In this document: positions 18,453 to 27,925 of the stretch, one piece after another
How the letters are laid out: each line of letters starts with the position of its first letter
Position numbering within the stretch: position 1 is the stretch's first letter
NCBI RefSeq assembly: GCF_013149785.1
Contig: NZ_JABEZU010000002.1
Location: 186,001-250,000, forward strand
DNA: 64,000 nucleotides
Source: Isoptericola halotolerans
Lineage (GTDB): Bacteria; Actinomycetota; Actinomycetes; Actinomycetales; Cellulomonadaceae
Direction: 5' to 3'
Notes under the pieces: generated by a model
Database searches by the model: none
Seen by the model: the letters and a program-made list of their open reading frames with translations, nothing else
Told to the model about the DNA's origin: nothing
Made by a program: the position numbers and the translations under genes

Positions 18453-20489
18453 TCAGCTAGCCGCCTCGTGCTCGTCGGCGTCCCCGTCCCCGGGCTTGGG
18501 CGAGTCTTCGATCGAACCGAGCAATTCGTCGAGTTGGCGCGCCTGGGCGGACGCCTTCAAGTACTCCTCGTACTGTGCCAGCGCATTGGTGATGAGTTGG
18601 TCGTATTGGCGGATCCGCCCATTGATCATGGCCAGTGACCAGTCGATGTAGTCCTTGTCCTTTTGGGGGACGGCGGCCGTAACTCTGGGCGGCTTGCCAA
18701 GGACGAAGACGACCTCGATGTCGGGGTCCTCGACTCCCTGGGCGGCGAGCACCTTCTGCAGGGCCACCGCATACTTCCCGCCCTGCACCTTCAGGTCGTC
18801 AATGTCTGGCTTGACGTTGTATCGCTTGAGCTCGACGATGATGTGCTTGCCGCCGGTTGTCGCATAGCGGATGTCGATGCGGTCACGCGCGTTCATCCCT
18901 GCCTGGTCCAGGTCGAACTCGCCGGCGGCCATCCTTTTGAGGCTCTGCTCCATGTGGTCGCTTCCGACGGCGCGCTCCCATGAAGCGTCAAGGAGCCACA
19001 GGTGGTCGAACAGGTGCTCCTGGAGCACACGCTCCTTCTCGTTCTCGTTCGCGAGGTGCTGGAACTGCTCGATGGCCTCGACGCGCGACTTGAGAATGTC
19101 AACCCAGAGCCCGGCTTCGTACTCCGCCTGCTTGCCGAGCAACGGCAGGATGTCCTCGGCGGTGACCTTCGACAAGGCGTCGAGGTCGCTGGTTGCCTTC
19201 CTGAGTCCGACGCGCGCGAACGCCAGGATGCCAGACCGGAACAGATCGGTGCGCTGCTCCTCGGCGCCCGGCTCAAAGTCTAGGCTTGCGATGGTTCCGA
19301 CCATTGTCTCCGCGTACTGCTTCTGGTAGTCGTCGAGGCCATCGACCCATTCCCTGATCTTAGGGTACCGGTCCATTACATCCGGCACTTCCTTCTTCGG
19401 CCTGCGCTCCGACCAGGTGTCGGCTGCGCTGACGAAGGCCTTGCGAAGGAAGTCCTGGAGGGCCTGGACGCGAGGGTCGTCCTCAATCAGGCGCTGGCGG
19501 TCGCTGGTCGCGATGTCGTCGAGATCGTTGTCGTCGAGGAAGTCAGCCTCGATCTGCCCAGTCACATAGTTGCCGAAGACCCTGCTGAAGTCGAGTTTCT
19601 CGATGATGCCCTCCTGGATGGGCCGCTTCCGCGCCAGGACGATGATGTTCTTGAGAGAGCCGGCCTCGAGGTCGTCTGTCAGGTCGGTCGGCTTCTTCGC
19701 GGTGCCGAACCACCCCGAGATCTTCCATCCAGCCGACGAGTCGATCACGCCGGGTAGTTCGAAGCGCTCGATCCCCTTCGGCAGGACGCTCGCGGGCAGC
19801 CGATCATCGCCGAACTCCCAGATGAACTGCAGGTTCTTGAGTTCCTGCCGGTCCACCCAATTGATTCGGTTGCCGTTGATCGCGATCGCGAAGCCACCCT
19901 CCGTCGGAGGGGTCTGGTCAAGCACGTCAAAGCGGCGGGCCAGCCGCTTCCGTAGGGAGTTTATCGTCAGGTCCATGCGCTTTGAGCGGAGCGAGGTGAG
20001 TTCCAAGACGGTGCCCTGGGTAGAGTAGGCGCTCGGGACGTCGGTGACATCAACGGGCTCGTACTCCTCTCCCTTGTCGATCTTCTCCCGCAGGTCGTCC
20101 ACGTCGATGCTAAAGGCGTGCGTCTCACCATCCTTAGTGGAGTAGACGGTTACGACGTTGGCGATCGAAAAGACCGAAAGTTTTCCGATGCCCTTGCGTC
20201 CCATGAACTGCCGACCCCATGTCGGCGAAGTGTTGCCCTCATTCTTCGGGTCCCGTTTGCGGTAGCCGACGGTCAGGAAGCGCTCGTTCATCTCCTTGAC
20301 CGACATGCCGCAACCGTTGTCCTGAACAACAACTTTGTCGCCCCGGTCCCAGTCGATGTCGACCTGGGTCGCGTCGGCGTCGTAGGCGTTGGCGACCAGT
20401 TCGGACAGCACTGCCGCGGCGTTGCTGTACAGGTTGATTCCGAGTGAGTCGAGGACCGATAGGTCGACCCGCATCTTGTACTTGCCCAT
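18453..20489 (-). CDS. GHKL/MORC-type ATPase fused to PD-(D/E)xK restriction endonuclease (HgiDII/BbrUII-like)
   Basis: ELVANAYDADA, DNGCGM, GRKGIGK and GT GHKL motifs. C-terminal RIDI...IIVELKR nuclease motif. Directly downstream of a C5 methyltransferase. Confidence 0.8.
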   Translation of the reverse strand: MGKYKMRVDLSVLDSLGINLYSNAAAVLSELVANAYDADATQVDIDWDRGDKVVVQDNGCGMSVKEMNERFLTVGYRKRDPKNEGNTSPTWGRQFMGRKGIGKLSVFSIANVVTVYSTKDGETHAFSIDVDDLREKIDKGEEYEPVDVTDVPSAYSTQGTVLELTSLRSKRMDLTINSLRKRLARRFDVLDQTPPTEGGFAIAINGNRINWVDRQELKNLQFIWEFGDDRLPASVLPKGIERFELPGVIDSSAGWKISGWFGTAKKPTDLTDDLEAGSLKNIIVLARKRPIQEGIIEKLDFSRVFGNYVTGQIEADFLDDNDLDDIATSDRQRLIEDDPRVQALQDFLRKAFVSAADTWSERRPKKEVPDVMDRYPKIREWVDGLDDYQKQYAETMVGTIASLDFEPGAEEQRTDLFRSGILAFARVGLRKATSDLDALSKVTAEDILPLLGKQAEYEAGLWVDILKSRVEAIEQFQHLANENEKERVLQEHLFDHLWLLDASWERAVGSDHMEQSLKRMAAGEFDLDQAGMNARDRIDIRYATTGGKHIIVELKRYNVKPDIDDLKVQGGKYAVALQKVLAAQGVEDPDIEVVFVLGKPPRVTAAVPQKDKDYIDWSLAMINGRIRQYDQLITNALAQYEEYLKASAQARQLDELLGSIEDSPKPGDGDADEHEAAS

Positions 20490-20515
20490 GCGTGCAAGCC
20501 TCCTATGGGCTCTGA

Positions 20516-21580
20516 TCAGTCGAGGTGATTTTCTCGGACATGGGCGAGGAGATGGTCGCCGGCCACCCTCGCGATCGGAGGAGGCACCGCGTTGCCGATC
20601 ATCCGGCCGACCGTGGACATGCGGATAGGCTCGCCCGGAGCGACGAACGTGTAGTTCGTCGGGAAACCCTGCAGGACCGCAGCTTCGCGGAGTGTGATCG
20701 CACGGTCCTGTTCCGGATGGCCGAAACGGCCCGTCCCGAAGTTGTGTGCAAGCGTTGTGATCGTTGGAGACGGGTCGTCCCAAGTCATCCTGGCATAGAC
20801 GTTCCGGAATGTGGCGCCCGAACTCTTCCGGTGGCACGGCGCGCGTAGGTCCTCGGGCCAGTCCTGCCAGGTGCCGCCTGGCGTGCTTGCACGGATTCGC
20901 TTGAGGTTAACGGCTGACAGACCTCGTGCCTTGTGCATCGGGTCAGACGGGTCGCTTGCCCCGGCATTGACGGGCGGCAGGCCCGCGATGGCGGCTCGTA
21001 CGGACACCTCGGCCGCGTCAGGGTTCGTCGGTGCGGGCCCGTCGATCGGGCCGAGAAGCGATGCGAGGAGCACAAGTCGTCTACGATGTTGAGGTAGGCC
21101 GAACAGCGGGCCGTAGCAGATCTCCCACGCGACGTGGTAGCCGAGGGAGCGGAGGCTAGCCACGAAGCGCTCAAAGACGACCGAACTGCCGATCCGTGGG
21201 ACGTTCTCCATCGTGACGAGCTCCGGGCGTGACTCCTCGACCAGCCTCGCGAATTCGTCAAGCAGCGGCCAACTGGCCTCACGGCTCGTGTCTGCGCCGC
21301 GGCGGTAGGCCGAGAACGGCTGGCACGGCGCGCACCCAGCGAGCAGGCGGGTATGGCCAGGCGCCCAGGTCCGGTTCAGCATTTCGCCTGTCACGTCGCG
21401 CACGTCGGCTGCCAAGAACGGTGCTTCGATGTTGGTCTCGTAGGCGAACCGACACGACTCCTCGATGTCGATGCCGGCGGCGATCTTCATCCCTGCCTGC
21501 CGAAGGCCTAGGGACAGGCCGCCTGCTCCGCAGAAGAGGTCGATCACGGACACGTCCTGGGTGCCCGTGGTCGTCACCAC
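20516..21580 (-). CDS. DNA (cytosine-5)-methyltransferase
   Basis: DLFCGAGG, PCQPFS, ENV, QHRRR, REAAVLQGFP, GNAVPP. Confidence 0.95.
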   Translation of the reverse strand: MVTTTGTQDVSVIDLFCGAGGLSLGLRQAGMKIAAGIDIEESCRFAYETNIEAPFLAADVRDVTGEMLNRTWAPGHTRLLAGCAPCQPFSAYRRGADTSREASWPLLDEFARLVEESRPELVTMENVPRIGSSVVFERFVASLRSLGYHVAWEICYGPLFGLPQHRRRLVLLASLLGPIDGPAPTNPDAAEVSVRAAIAGLPPVNAGASDPSDPMHKARGLSAVNLKRIRASTPGGTWQDWPEDLRAPCHRKSSGATFRNVYARMTWDDPSPTITTLAHNFGTGRFGHPEQDRAITLREAAVLQGFPTNYTFVAPGEPIRMSTVGRMIGNAVPPPIARVAGDHLLAHVRENHLD

Positions 21581-21950
21581 GCACCGCCCGCCGCCACTGA
21601 CATCATCTGGCCATCGTAGTGAAAAAATCGGCGCGCGTCGACGACGCGTTGGCCCACCTCGAGGGCAGTCTGGACCGCCTTCGGGTCTGTTTGACGATCG
21701 GCGCGGAGACGGTCGTCAGGCCGCCCCTGTGGTCCATCGGTTATCTCAACCTCGGCCGGAGTGCTGCTGCACACTCGACGGTAGTGTCGAGTCATGATCA
21801 GCCCTTCGGGGTGCGACCTTCACCGCAACCGCACTCGCGAGGCGATCGCGCGTCAGAAAGAGGCTGCCACGCGGGAACGAGAGGCGCGGGGTGGCCCGCG
21901 ATGTTGAGGTCCTGGCACTCAGCGGCTTCGGACAGTCCATTCGTGCAAAG

Positions 21951-21998
21951 CGAAAGGCCCTCTGTTCTCAGCGTTTCCGCTGTTCAGAGGGCCTTTCG
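21951..21998 (-). terminator. Hairpin downstream of tRNA-Pro
   Basis: CGAAAGGCCCTCTG...CAGAGGGCCTTTCG; a near-copy of 17752-17803. Confidence 0.75.
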
Positions 21999-21999
21999 G

Positions 22000-22077
<78 letters not shown>

Positions 22078-22167
22078 AAGGACTGCCTCCGCAGCATCGA
22101 ACATCGTCCGTCTGCGGGAGCCTGCCCAGAATAGCCGACGATCGGCCGGGAACGAAAACGGGATCCG

Positions 22168-23085
22168 CTACCTCGCGGTGAACGTGATCAAGGTCGCCTC
22201 CGGGCGGCACGCGAAGCGCACCGGCGCGTACGGCGACGTGCCCGCGCCCGCCGAGACGTGCAGCCACGTGGACGCCGCGCCGTCGGCGGTGTCCGGCCGG
22301 GCACCGGGCCAGCCGTGCAGGCCCTTGGCCCGCCGCTGGTCGATGTCGCAGTTCGTCACCAGCGCCCCGTAGAACGGGACGCAGAGCTGCCCACCGTGCG
22401 TGTGCCCCGCGATGATCGCGTCCGCGCCGTCGGCGTACATCTCGTCGAGCACGCGGGTGTACGGCGCGTGCGTCACGCCGAGGCGGAGCAGCGCGCCGTC
22501 GTCGTGCTCGGGCGCGGGGGCCGGGAACTCGTCGAGCCCGAGGTGCGGGTCGTCCACCCCGGCGAAGGCGATACGGCGCCCGCCGACGACGACGGCGTCC
22601 CGCCGGTTCGTCAGGTCGGCCCACCCGGCGCTCGTCATGGCGGCGGCGAGCTCGCGGGCCGGGAGGTTGGGCTTGCTGCGGGTGCGGGGCCCGGAACGCG
22701 TCCACAGGTAGCGGGCCGGGTTCTTCGGCCTCGGCGCGTAGTAGTCGTTCGACCCCATGACGAAGGCGCCCGGAGTGCTCTCGAGCAGGGGGCCGAGTGC
22801 GTGGAGCAACGGCGGCAGGGCCTCACGGTGGGCCAGGTTGTCGCCGGTGTCGATCACGAGGTCCGGCTCGAGGTCGGCGAGCGACCGCACCCAGGCGATC
22901 TTGCGGTGCTGCGTCGGCGTGAGGTGCAGGTCCGAGACGTGCAGCACCCGCAGGTCGGCCTCACCCCGGGGCAGGGCCGGGACGGTGACGTGCCGGACGG
23001 TGAAGAGCTTGGTCTCCAGGTGGGCGTAGGCGAGCCCGGCTGCCGTGACCGCGGCGGCGCCGCCGAGCAGCGCGCGGGGGCTCAG
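22168..23085 (-). CDS. Metallophosphoesterase with N-terminal membrane anchor (probable CTG start)
   Basis: SDLH, TGDN, GSND, VTH and GHTHGGQ motifs. The frame stays open 46 codons above the first GTG, up to a CTG overlapping the ponA stop. Confidence 0.85.
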   Translation of the reverse strand: MSPRALLGGAAAVTAAGLAYAHLETKLFTVRHVTVPALPRGEADLRVLHVSDLHLTPTQHRKIAWVRSLADLEPDLVIDTGDNLAHREALPPLLHALGPLLESTPGAFVMGSNDYYAPRPKNPARYLWTRSGPRTRSKPNLPARELAAAMTSAGWADLTNRRDAVVVGGRRIAFAGVDDPHLGLDEFPAPAPEHDDGALLRLGVTHAPYTRVLDEMYADGADAIIAGHTHGGQLCVPFYGALVTNCDIDQRRAKGLHGWPGARPDTADGAASTWLHVSAGAGTSPYAPVRFACRPEATLITFTAR

Positions 23086-25457
23086 TCGTCGTCCCCGTCG
23101 TTGCCGCCGCCGTTACCGCCGCCGTTGTCGCCGCCGCCGTTACCGCCGCCGTTGTCGCCGCCGTCGTTGCCGCCGCCGCCGTTACCGCCGCCGTTGCCGT
23201 TACCGCCGCCGCCGGAGGAGTCCGAGTCGGACGAGCCGGAGCTCGAGTCGGAGGAGCTGGATCCGGAGGAGCTCGAGCTCGACGAGGGCGGCGCGGGTGC
23301 GCGGCCGATGAGGTTCGGGTCCGGCGCGCCGAAGCGCTGGATGGGCATGCCCTCGATGGCGACGTCCATGTACTCCTTCCACATCGGTGCCGCGACGGTG
23401 GAGCCGTACAGGATGCGGTGGTACTGGCCGTTCACGGTGATGCCGTTGGTGTGGTTCTCCAGAGGGCTCTCCACGGAGCCGACCCACGCAGTGGTGGCCA
23501 GCTGCGGGGTGATGCCGGAGAACCAGGTCTGGGCCGAGAGCTGCGAGGTGCCGGTCTTGCCGGCGACGGGTCGGCCGTCGGCCAGCCCACCGAGTCGACG
23601 CGCGGTGCCGTCGCTGAAGGCGCGCTCCATGGCGTGAACCACGGTGTTGGCGATGTTGGTCGGCAGCGCGTTCTTGTCGCACTCGGACTGCGTGACGTCG
23701 TACTCCTCGCCGTCCGGGCCCGTGACCTCGGTGATGGCGACCGGCGTGCAGTAGGTGCCGCCCGAGGCGAAGGTCGCGTACATCGCGGCCATGTTCAGCG
23801 GCGACGACTCCTGCGTACCAAGGACCATCGGAGCGACGATCTCGATGTCGTCCTTCGTGACGGTGCCCGTGTTGAGCGGGCCGACGCGCGACTTGCTCGT
23901 CGGGCGGAAGCCCATGTCCCAGGCGGTGTCGCGCAGGTCGCAGAGGTTCAGCCTCGACCCCATCGACGCGTAGGCGGTGTTGACGGACTCGTAGGTCGCG
24001 CGCAGGACGCTGATCTGACCGCTCAGGACGCCCTCGGCGTTGCGCGGTGTCCAGACGTCGCCGCCGAGGCTGCCCACGCACGGCGTGCTGAAGTTGCCGA
24101 CGGTGTACGACTGCTGCGACGCGTTGACGGTGTCGTTCAGGGTGTTCCCCGCACGCAACCACTCGGCCAGCACGACGGGCTTGAAGTTCGAGCCGGGCTG
24201 GAAGCCGCCGGAAGCACCGTGGATGTAGTCGGCGTTGTAGTTGACGGTCGTGTCGCGCCCGGAGTCCGTGGTGCCGCTGTAGGGCACGTTCTGCGCCATC
24301 GCCAGGATCTTGCCCGTACCAGGCTCGACCGTGACGATCGAGGCCTCGAGGTTGCTCGGGTCGTTGGCGGGCACGGCGTCCTTCACCGAACGGTTCGCCT
24401 GGCGCTGCATCTTCATGTCGAGCGTGGTGTGGATCTCGAGGCCACCGCGGTACAGCAGCTCGTTGCGGTCCGCGCGGGTCTCGCCGTACGTCGGGTCGAG
24501 GAGGATCTCCTTGATGACGTAGTCGCAGAAGAACGCCGAGCCCTTCGCGGACTGGCAGCCGGCCGAGACCGGGGTGACGTCGAGGGTGTCCTCGAGCGGG
24601 GTGTCGAGGGCCTCGTCGCGCTCGTCGGTGGTGATGTAGCCGAGCTGCCACATCTTGTTGATGACGGCGTTGCGGCGCTTCTCGGCGTTCTCCGGGTTGC
24701 GCGTGGGGTCGAACTGGCTCGGGGCCTTCGTGACTCCCGCGATGGTCGCGGCCTCGACGACGGTGAGGTCGGAGGCCGACTTGTCGAAGTAGTACCGGGC
24801 GGCCGTCTCGACGCCGTAGATCTGGTTGCCGCCGTACTGCGCGATGTTGAGGTAGCCCTGGAGGATCTCGTCCTTGGACATCTTCTTCTCGAGCGCGATG
24901 GCCATCTTGGCCTCGCGCAGCTTGCGGTTGAGCGTGTCCTCGTGGGCGTCGATGACCGCGAACGGGTCGTCCTCCTGCAGCGCCGCCTCGATGAGCATGT
25001 TCTTCACGTACTGCTGGGTGATGGTGGAGGCGCCCTGGGTCGCCGCGCCACCGGCGTTGTTCACCGCCGCACGGGTGATGCCGCGCACGTCGACGCCGTG
25101 GTGCTCGAAGAAGCGCTCGTCCTCGATCGCGATGGCGGCGTTCTTCATGTGGTCCGAGATCTCGTCGAGGGAGACCACGATGCGGTTCTGGTAGTAGAAC
25201 GTCGCCAGGAGCCGGCCGTTGTCGGCGTAGATGCGCGACTGCTGCGACAGCGGCTGCGGCTCGAGCTCGGCAGGGAACTCGTCGTACATCTCGACGGTGC
25301 TGTCTGCCGCGATGTTGGCGCCGGCTACCGCGGGGATGACGAACCCGGCCGCCAGCACGCCGCCGGTCCCTGCGGCGAGCAGGAAGGCGAGCAGGAGTGC
25401 GACCATCTGGGTGGCGGGGATTGTCCGCGTGATGCGGCGGGGCTCAGAGTTCGCCAT
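23082..25457 (-). CDS. ponA: Class A penicillin-binding protein (transglycosylase/transpeptidase), PonA2-like
   Basis: EDERFFEHHG, GASTITQQ, RKLRE, SNFK, SVN, KTGT. Ser/Gly/Asn low-complexity tail. Confidence 0.92.
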   Translation of the reverse strand: MANSEPRRITRTIPATQMVALLLAFLLAAGTGGVLAAGFVIPAVAGANIAADSTVEMYDEFPAELEPQPLSQQSRIYADNGRLLATFYYQNRIVVSLDEISDHMKNAAIAIEDERFFEHHGVDVRGITRAAVNNAGGAATQGASTITQQYVKNMLIEAALQEDDPFAVIDAHEDTLNRKLREAKMAIALEKKMSKDEILQGYLNIAQYGGNQIYGVETAARYYFDKSASDLTVVEAATIAGVTKAPSQFDPTRNPENAEKRRNAVINKMWQLGYITTDERDEALDTPLEDTLDVTPVSAGCQSAKGSAFFCDYVIKEILLDPTYGETRADRNELLYRGGLEIHTTLDMKMQRQANRSVKDAVPANDPSNLEASIVTVEPGTGKILAMAQNVPYSGTTDSGRDTTVNYNADYIHGASGGFQPGSNFKPVVLAEWLRAGNTLNDTVNASQQSYTVGNFSTPCVGSLGGDVWTPRNAEGVLSGQISVLRATYESVNTAYASMGSRLNLCDLRDTAWDMGFRPTSKSRVGPLNTGTVTKDDIEIVAPMVLGTQESSPLNMAAMYATFASGGTYCTPVAITEVTGPDGEEYDVTQSECDKNALPTNIANTVVHAMERAFSDGTARRLGGLADGRPVAGKTGTSQLSAQTWFSGITPQLATTAWVGSVESPLENHTNGITVNGQYHRILYGSTVAAPMWKEYMDVAIEGMPIQRFGAPDPNLIGRAPAPPSSSSSSSGSSSSDSSSGSSDSDSSGGGGNGNGGGNGGGGNDGGDNGGGNGGGDNGGGNGGGNDGDDD

Positions 25458-25588
25458 GTTCCCAGCCTAGAGGGTCGCGTCGAGCCGACCGGCTGTTCCG
25501 GGCGGCGTGGGTGTGCAGGTCCTGTGGAGCGCTCGTCGGGGCGTGCTCACGGGCGCGAGGTTTCACCCGGTCGGGCTACGATCGCCGC

Positions 25589-25750
25589 ATGGCTACCACG
25601 TGGGAGTACGCGACGATCCCCCTCCTCATCCACAACACCAAGGCGATCCTCGACCAGTGGGGTGCGGACGGCTGGGAGCTCGTGCAGGTCGTGCCCGGCC
25701 CGGACGGCACCGGGCTGGTCGCCTACCTCAAGCGGCCCTCGGGCGAGTGA
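25589..25750 (+). CDS. DUF4177-like small protein
   Basis: WEYATIPLLIHNTKAILDQWGADGWELV. TACGAT lies 6 nt before the ATG. Confidence 0.85.
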   Translation: MATTWEYATIPLLIHNTKAILDQWGADGWELVQVVPGPDGTGLVAYLKRPSGE

Positions 25751-25758
25751 CCCCGGGC

Positions 25759-26226
25759 ATGAGCATCGACGCCCGCCTCGCCGAGCTCGGCATCACGCTG
25801 CCCGACGTCGCGGCGCCCGTCGCGGCGTACCAGCCCGCGGTGCGCTCCGGCGTCCACGTCTACACGGCCGGTCAGCTCCCGTTCGTCGACGGCGCCCTGC
25901 CGGTCACGGGCAAGGTGGGCGACGGCGAGGGTCTCGTGGACCCCGCCACGGCAGCGGACCTGGCGCGCATCTGCGCGCTGAACGCCCTCGCGGCGGTGCG
26001 TTCCGTCGTCGGCTCCCTCGACGACGTCCGGATCGTCAAGGTGACCGGCTTCGTCGCGAGCCACGCGTCGTTCACCGGTCAGCCCGCCGTCCTCAACGGC
26101 GCCAGCACGGTGCTCGGGGAGATCTTCGGCGACGCCGGCACCCACGCGCGCTCCGCCGTCGGCGTCGCGGTCCTGCCGCTGGACGCCCCCGTCGAGGTCG
26201 AGCTGATCGCGGAGCTCACCGCGTAG
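25759..26226 (+). CDS. RidA/YjgF family protein
   Basis: AAYQPAV, GQLP, KVTGFV, HARSAVGV, PVEVE. Confidence 0.9.
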   Translation: MSIDARLAELGITLPDVAAPVAAYQPAVRSGVHVYTAGQLPFVDGALPVTGKVGDGEGLVDPATAADLARICALNALAAVRSVVGSLDDVRIVKVTGFVASHASFTGQPAVLNGASTVLGEIFGDAGTHARSAVGVAVLPLDAPVEVELIAELTA

Positions 26227-26233
26227 CACCGCT

Positions 26234-26277
26234 CGTCGCCTCCCCGCTCCGGGTGCGCAGGGAGCGGGGAAGCGACG
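26234..26277. terminator. Hairpin between convergent ridA and crp
   Basis: CGTCGC-c-TCCCCGCTCC...GGAGCGGGGA-a-GCGACG. Confidence 0.6.
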
Positions 26278-26288
26278 GCCGACGCGGC

Positions 26289-26966
26289 TCAGCGAGCCCG
26301 TCGCTCCAGGCGGTCCAGGTCGAGCAGGACGACGGCGCGACCCTCCCGGCGCACCCAGCCGCGGGTGGCGAAGTCGGCGAGAGCCTTGTTGACGGTCTCG
26401 CGCGAGGCCCCGACGAGCTGCGCGAGCTCTTCCTGGGTGAGGTCGTGCGCGACGCGGACGCCCTCGTCGTTGGGCTCTCCGAAGCGGTTGGACAGGTCCA
26501 GCAGCGCCTTGGCGACGCGACCCGGGACGTCGGAGAACACGAGGTCCGCGAGCGTCTCGTTGGTGCGGCGCAGCCGGCGGGCCAGGGCGCCGAGCAGCGT
26601 GGTCGCCACGTTGGGGTGGGCGGCGATCCACTGGACCAGCGCCTGGTGCCGCAGCTCGTAGCAGAGCGCGTCCGAGACGGACGAGGCCGTGGCGGTGCGC
26701 GGGCCCGGGTCGAACAGGGACAGCTCACCGAACATCTCGCCCGGCCCGAGGATCGACAGCAGGTTCTCGCGGCCGTCGCTGGAGCGGCGACCGAGCTTGA
26801 TCTTGCCCTGCGCGATCACGTAGAGGCGGTCGCCCGGCTCTCCCTCGCGGAACAGGACGTCTCCGCGGGTCAGCTCGACGGGGACCATGGACTCGAAGAG
26901 CGCCTTCGACTCTTCGCTGTCCATGTCCGCGAAGAGGGGGGCGGAGAGCACGACGGTGTCGTCCAC
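26289..26966 (-). CDS. crp: Crp/GlxR cAMP receptor protein
   Basis: [49 protein letters not shown] precedes GTG 26966. Confidence 0.93.
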   Translation of the reverse strand: MDDTVVLSAPLFADMDSEESKALFESMVPVELTRGDVLFREGEPGDRLYVIAQGKIKLGRRSSDGRENLLSILGPGEMFGELSLFDPGPRTATASSVSDALCYELRHQALVQWIAAHPNVATTLLGALARRLRRTNETLADLVFSDVPGRVAKALLDLSNRFGEPNDEGVRVAHDLTQEELAQLVGASRETVNKALADFATRGWVRREGRAVVLLDLDRLERRAR

Positions 26967-27166
26967 AGGATTCCTCACGTTCTCAGGTCGCGTCCGCGCG
27001 GGACGGTGCTGTCTCGAAATGTGTTCCAGGTCTCAGTCTGCCTCACGCAGGGCTTTCGTGCCTGGAGGCCTGGCTCGGGTGGCTCCTCGGCGAACGAACG
27101 GGGGAGGTCCGCGGTTCCTGGCAGGGTCGCCCGGTGTTGTCGGAGAGTGGCCGATACGCTGCCGAG

Positions 27167-27898
27167 ATGACCGCCGTGAAGCCCCAGCAGCCTACCCCGA
27201 CGGGGGAGTCGCCCCTGGCACTCGTCCGGCGGGCTCGCCGGATCGACCGCGTCCTCGCCGAGACGTACCCCCAGGCGCGCGCCGAGCTGGACTTCACCAC
27301 CCCGCTCGAGCTGCTGGTCGCCACGGTCCTGTCGGCGCAGACCACGGACGTGCGGGTCAACGCCACGACGCCGGCGCTGTTCGCCCGCTACCCGGACGCG
27401 CCCGCCCTGGCGGCCGCCGAGCCGGCCGAGATGGAGGAGATCCTGCGCCCGCTGGGCTTCTACCGCGCCAAGACCCGGGCCGTCATCGGCCTGGGCCGGG
27501 CGCTCGTGCAGAGGTTCGACGGCGAGGTCCCGGCCCGCCTGCAGGACCTCGTCACGCTGCCCGGCGTGGGGCGCAAGACGGCGAACGTGGTGCTGGGCAA
27601 CGCGTTCGGGGTCCCGGGCATCACCGTGGACACGCACTTCGGGCGACTCGCCCGCCGGCTCGGGTTCACCGAGGAGACCGATCCGGTCAAGGTCGAGCAC
27701 GCGGTCGGCGAGCTCTTCGCCCGCAAGGACTGGACGATGCTGAGCCACCACCTCGTGTGGCACGGTCGGCGGGTCTGCCACGCGCGACGGCCGGCGTGCG
27801 GTGCCTGCCCGGTCGCGCGCTGGTGCCCGTCGCGCGGCATGGGGGAGGTCGACCCCACCGCGGCGCAGGCGCTCGTCCGCACGGGCGGGCGGGCCTGA
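27167..27898 (+). CDS. nth: Endonuclease III
   Basis: LSAQTTD, Hh[16 protein letters not shown], and C-x6-C-x2-C-x5-C cluster motif. Confidence 0.95.
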   Translation: MTAVKPQQPTPTGESPLALVRRARRIDRVLAETYPQARAELDFTTPLELLVATVLSAQTTDVRVNATTPALFARYPDAPALAAAEPAEMEEILRPLGFYRAKTRAVIGLGRALVQRFDGEVPARLQDLVTLPGVGRKTANVVLGNAFGVPGITVDTHFGRLARRLGFTEETDPVKVEHAVGELFARKDWTMLSHHLVWHGRRVCHARRPACGACPVARWCPSRGMGEVDPTAAQALVRTGGRA

Positions 27899-27925
27899 GC
27901 GCCACGGTGTCCGGCGGGAGGAGCG

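Noticed and set aside
21574..21795. 73 aa ORF overlapping the methyltransferase start as a control (C) protein or Vsr
   Set aside because: No HTH or Vsr motif is recognisable, and it spans the likely methyltransferase promoter.
23088..23290. CCGCCGCCGTT-type low-complexity repeats
   Set aside because: They encode the Gly/Asn/Ser disordered tail of the PBP, which is common in actinobacterial class A PBPs.
27137..27160. PafBC/RecA-NDp DNA-damage promoter before nth (TTGTCGG...TACGCT)
   Set aside because: Spacing is 11 nt between TGTCGG and TA, versus 10 in the consensus. Suggestive but not supportable.
23418..27170. Very long alternative-frame ORFs (e.g. 23418-27170 +, 40040-43387 -, 43454-46225 -, 59628-63629 -)
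   Set aside because: Shadow ORFs typical of high-GC DNA. They overlap well-supported genes and have no recognisable motifs.
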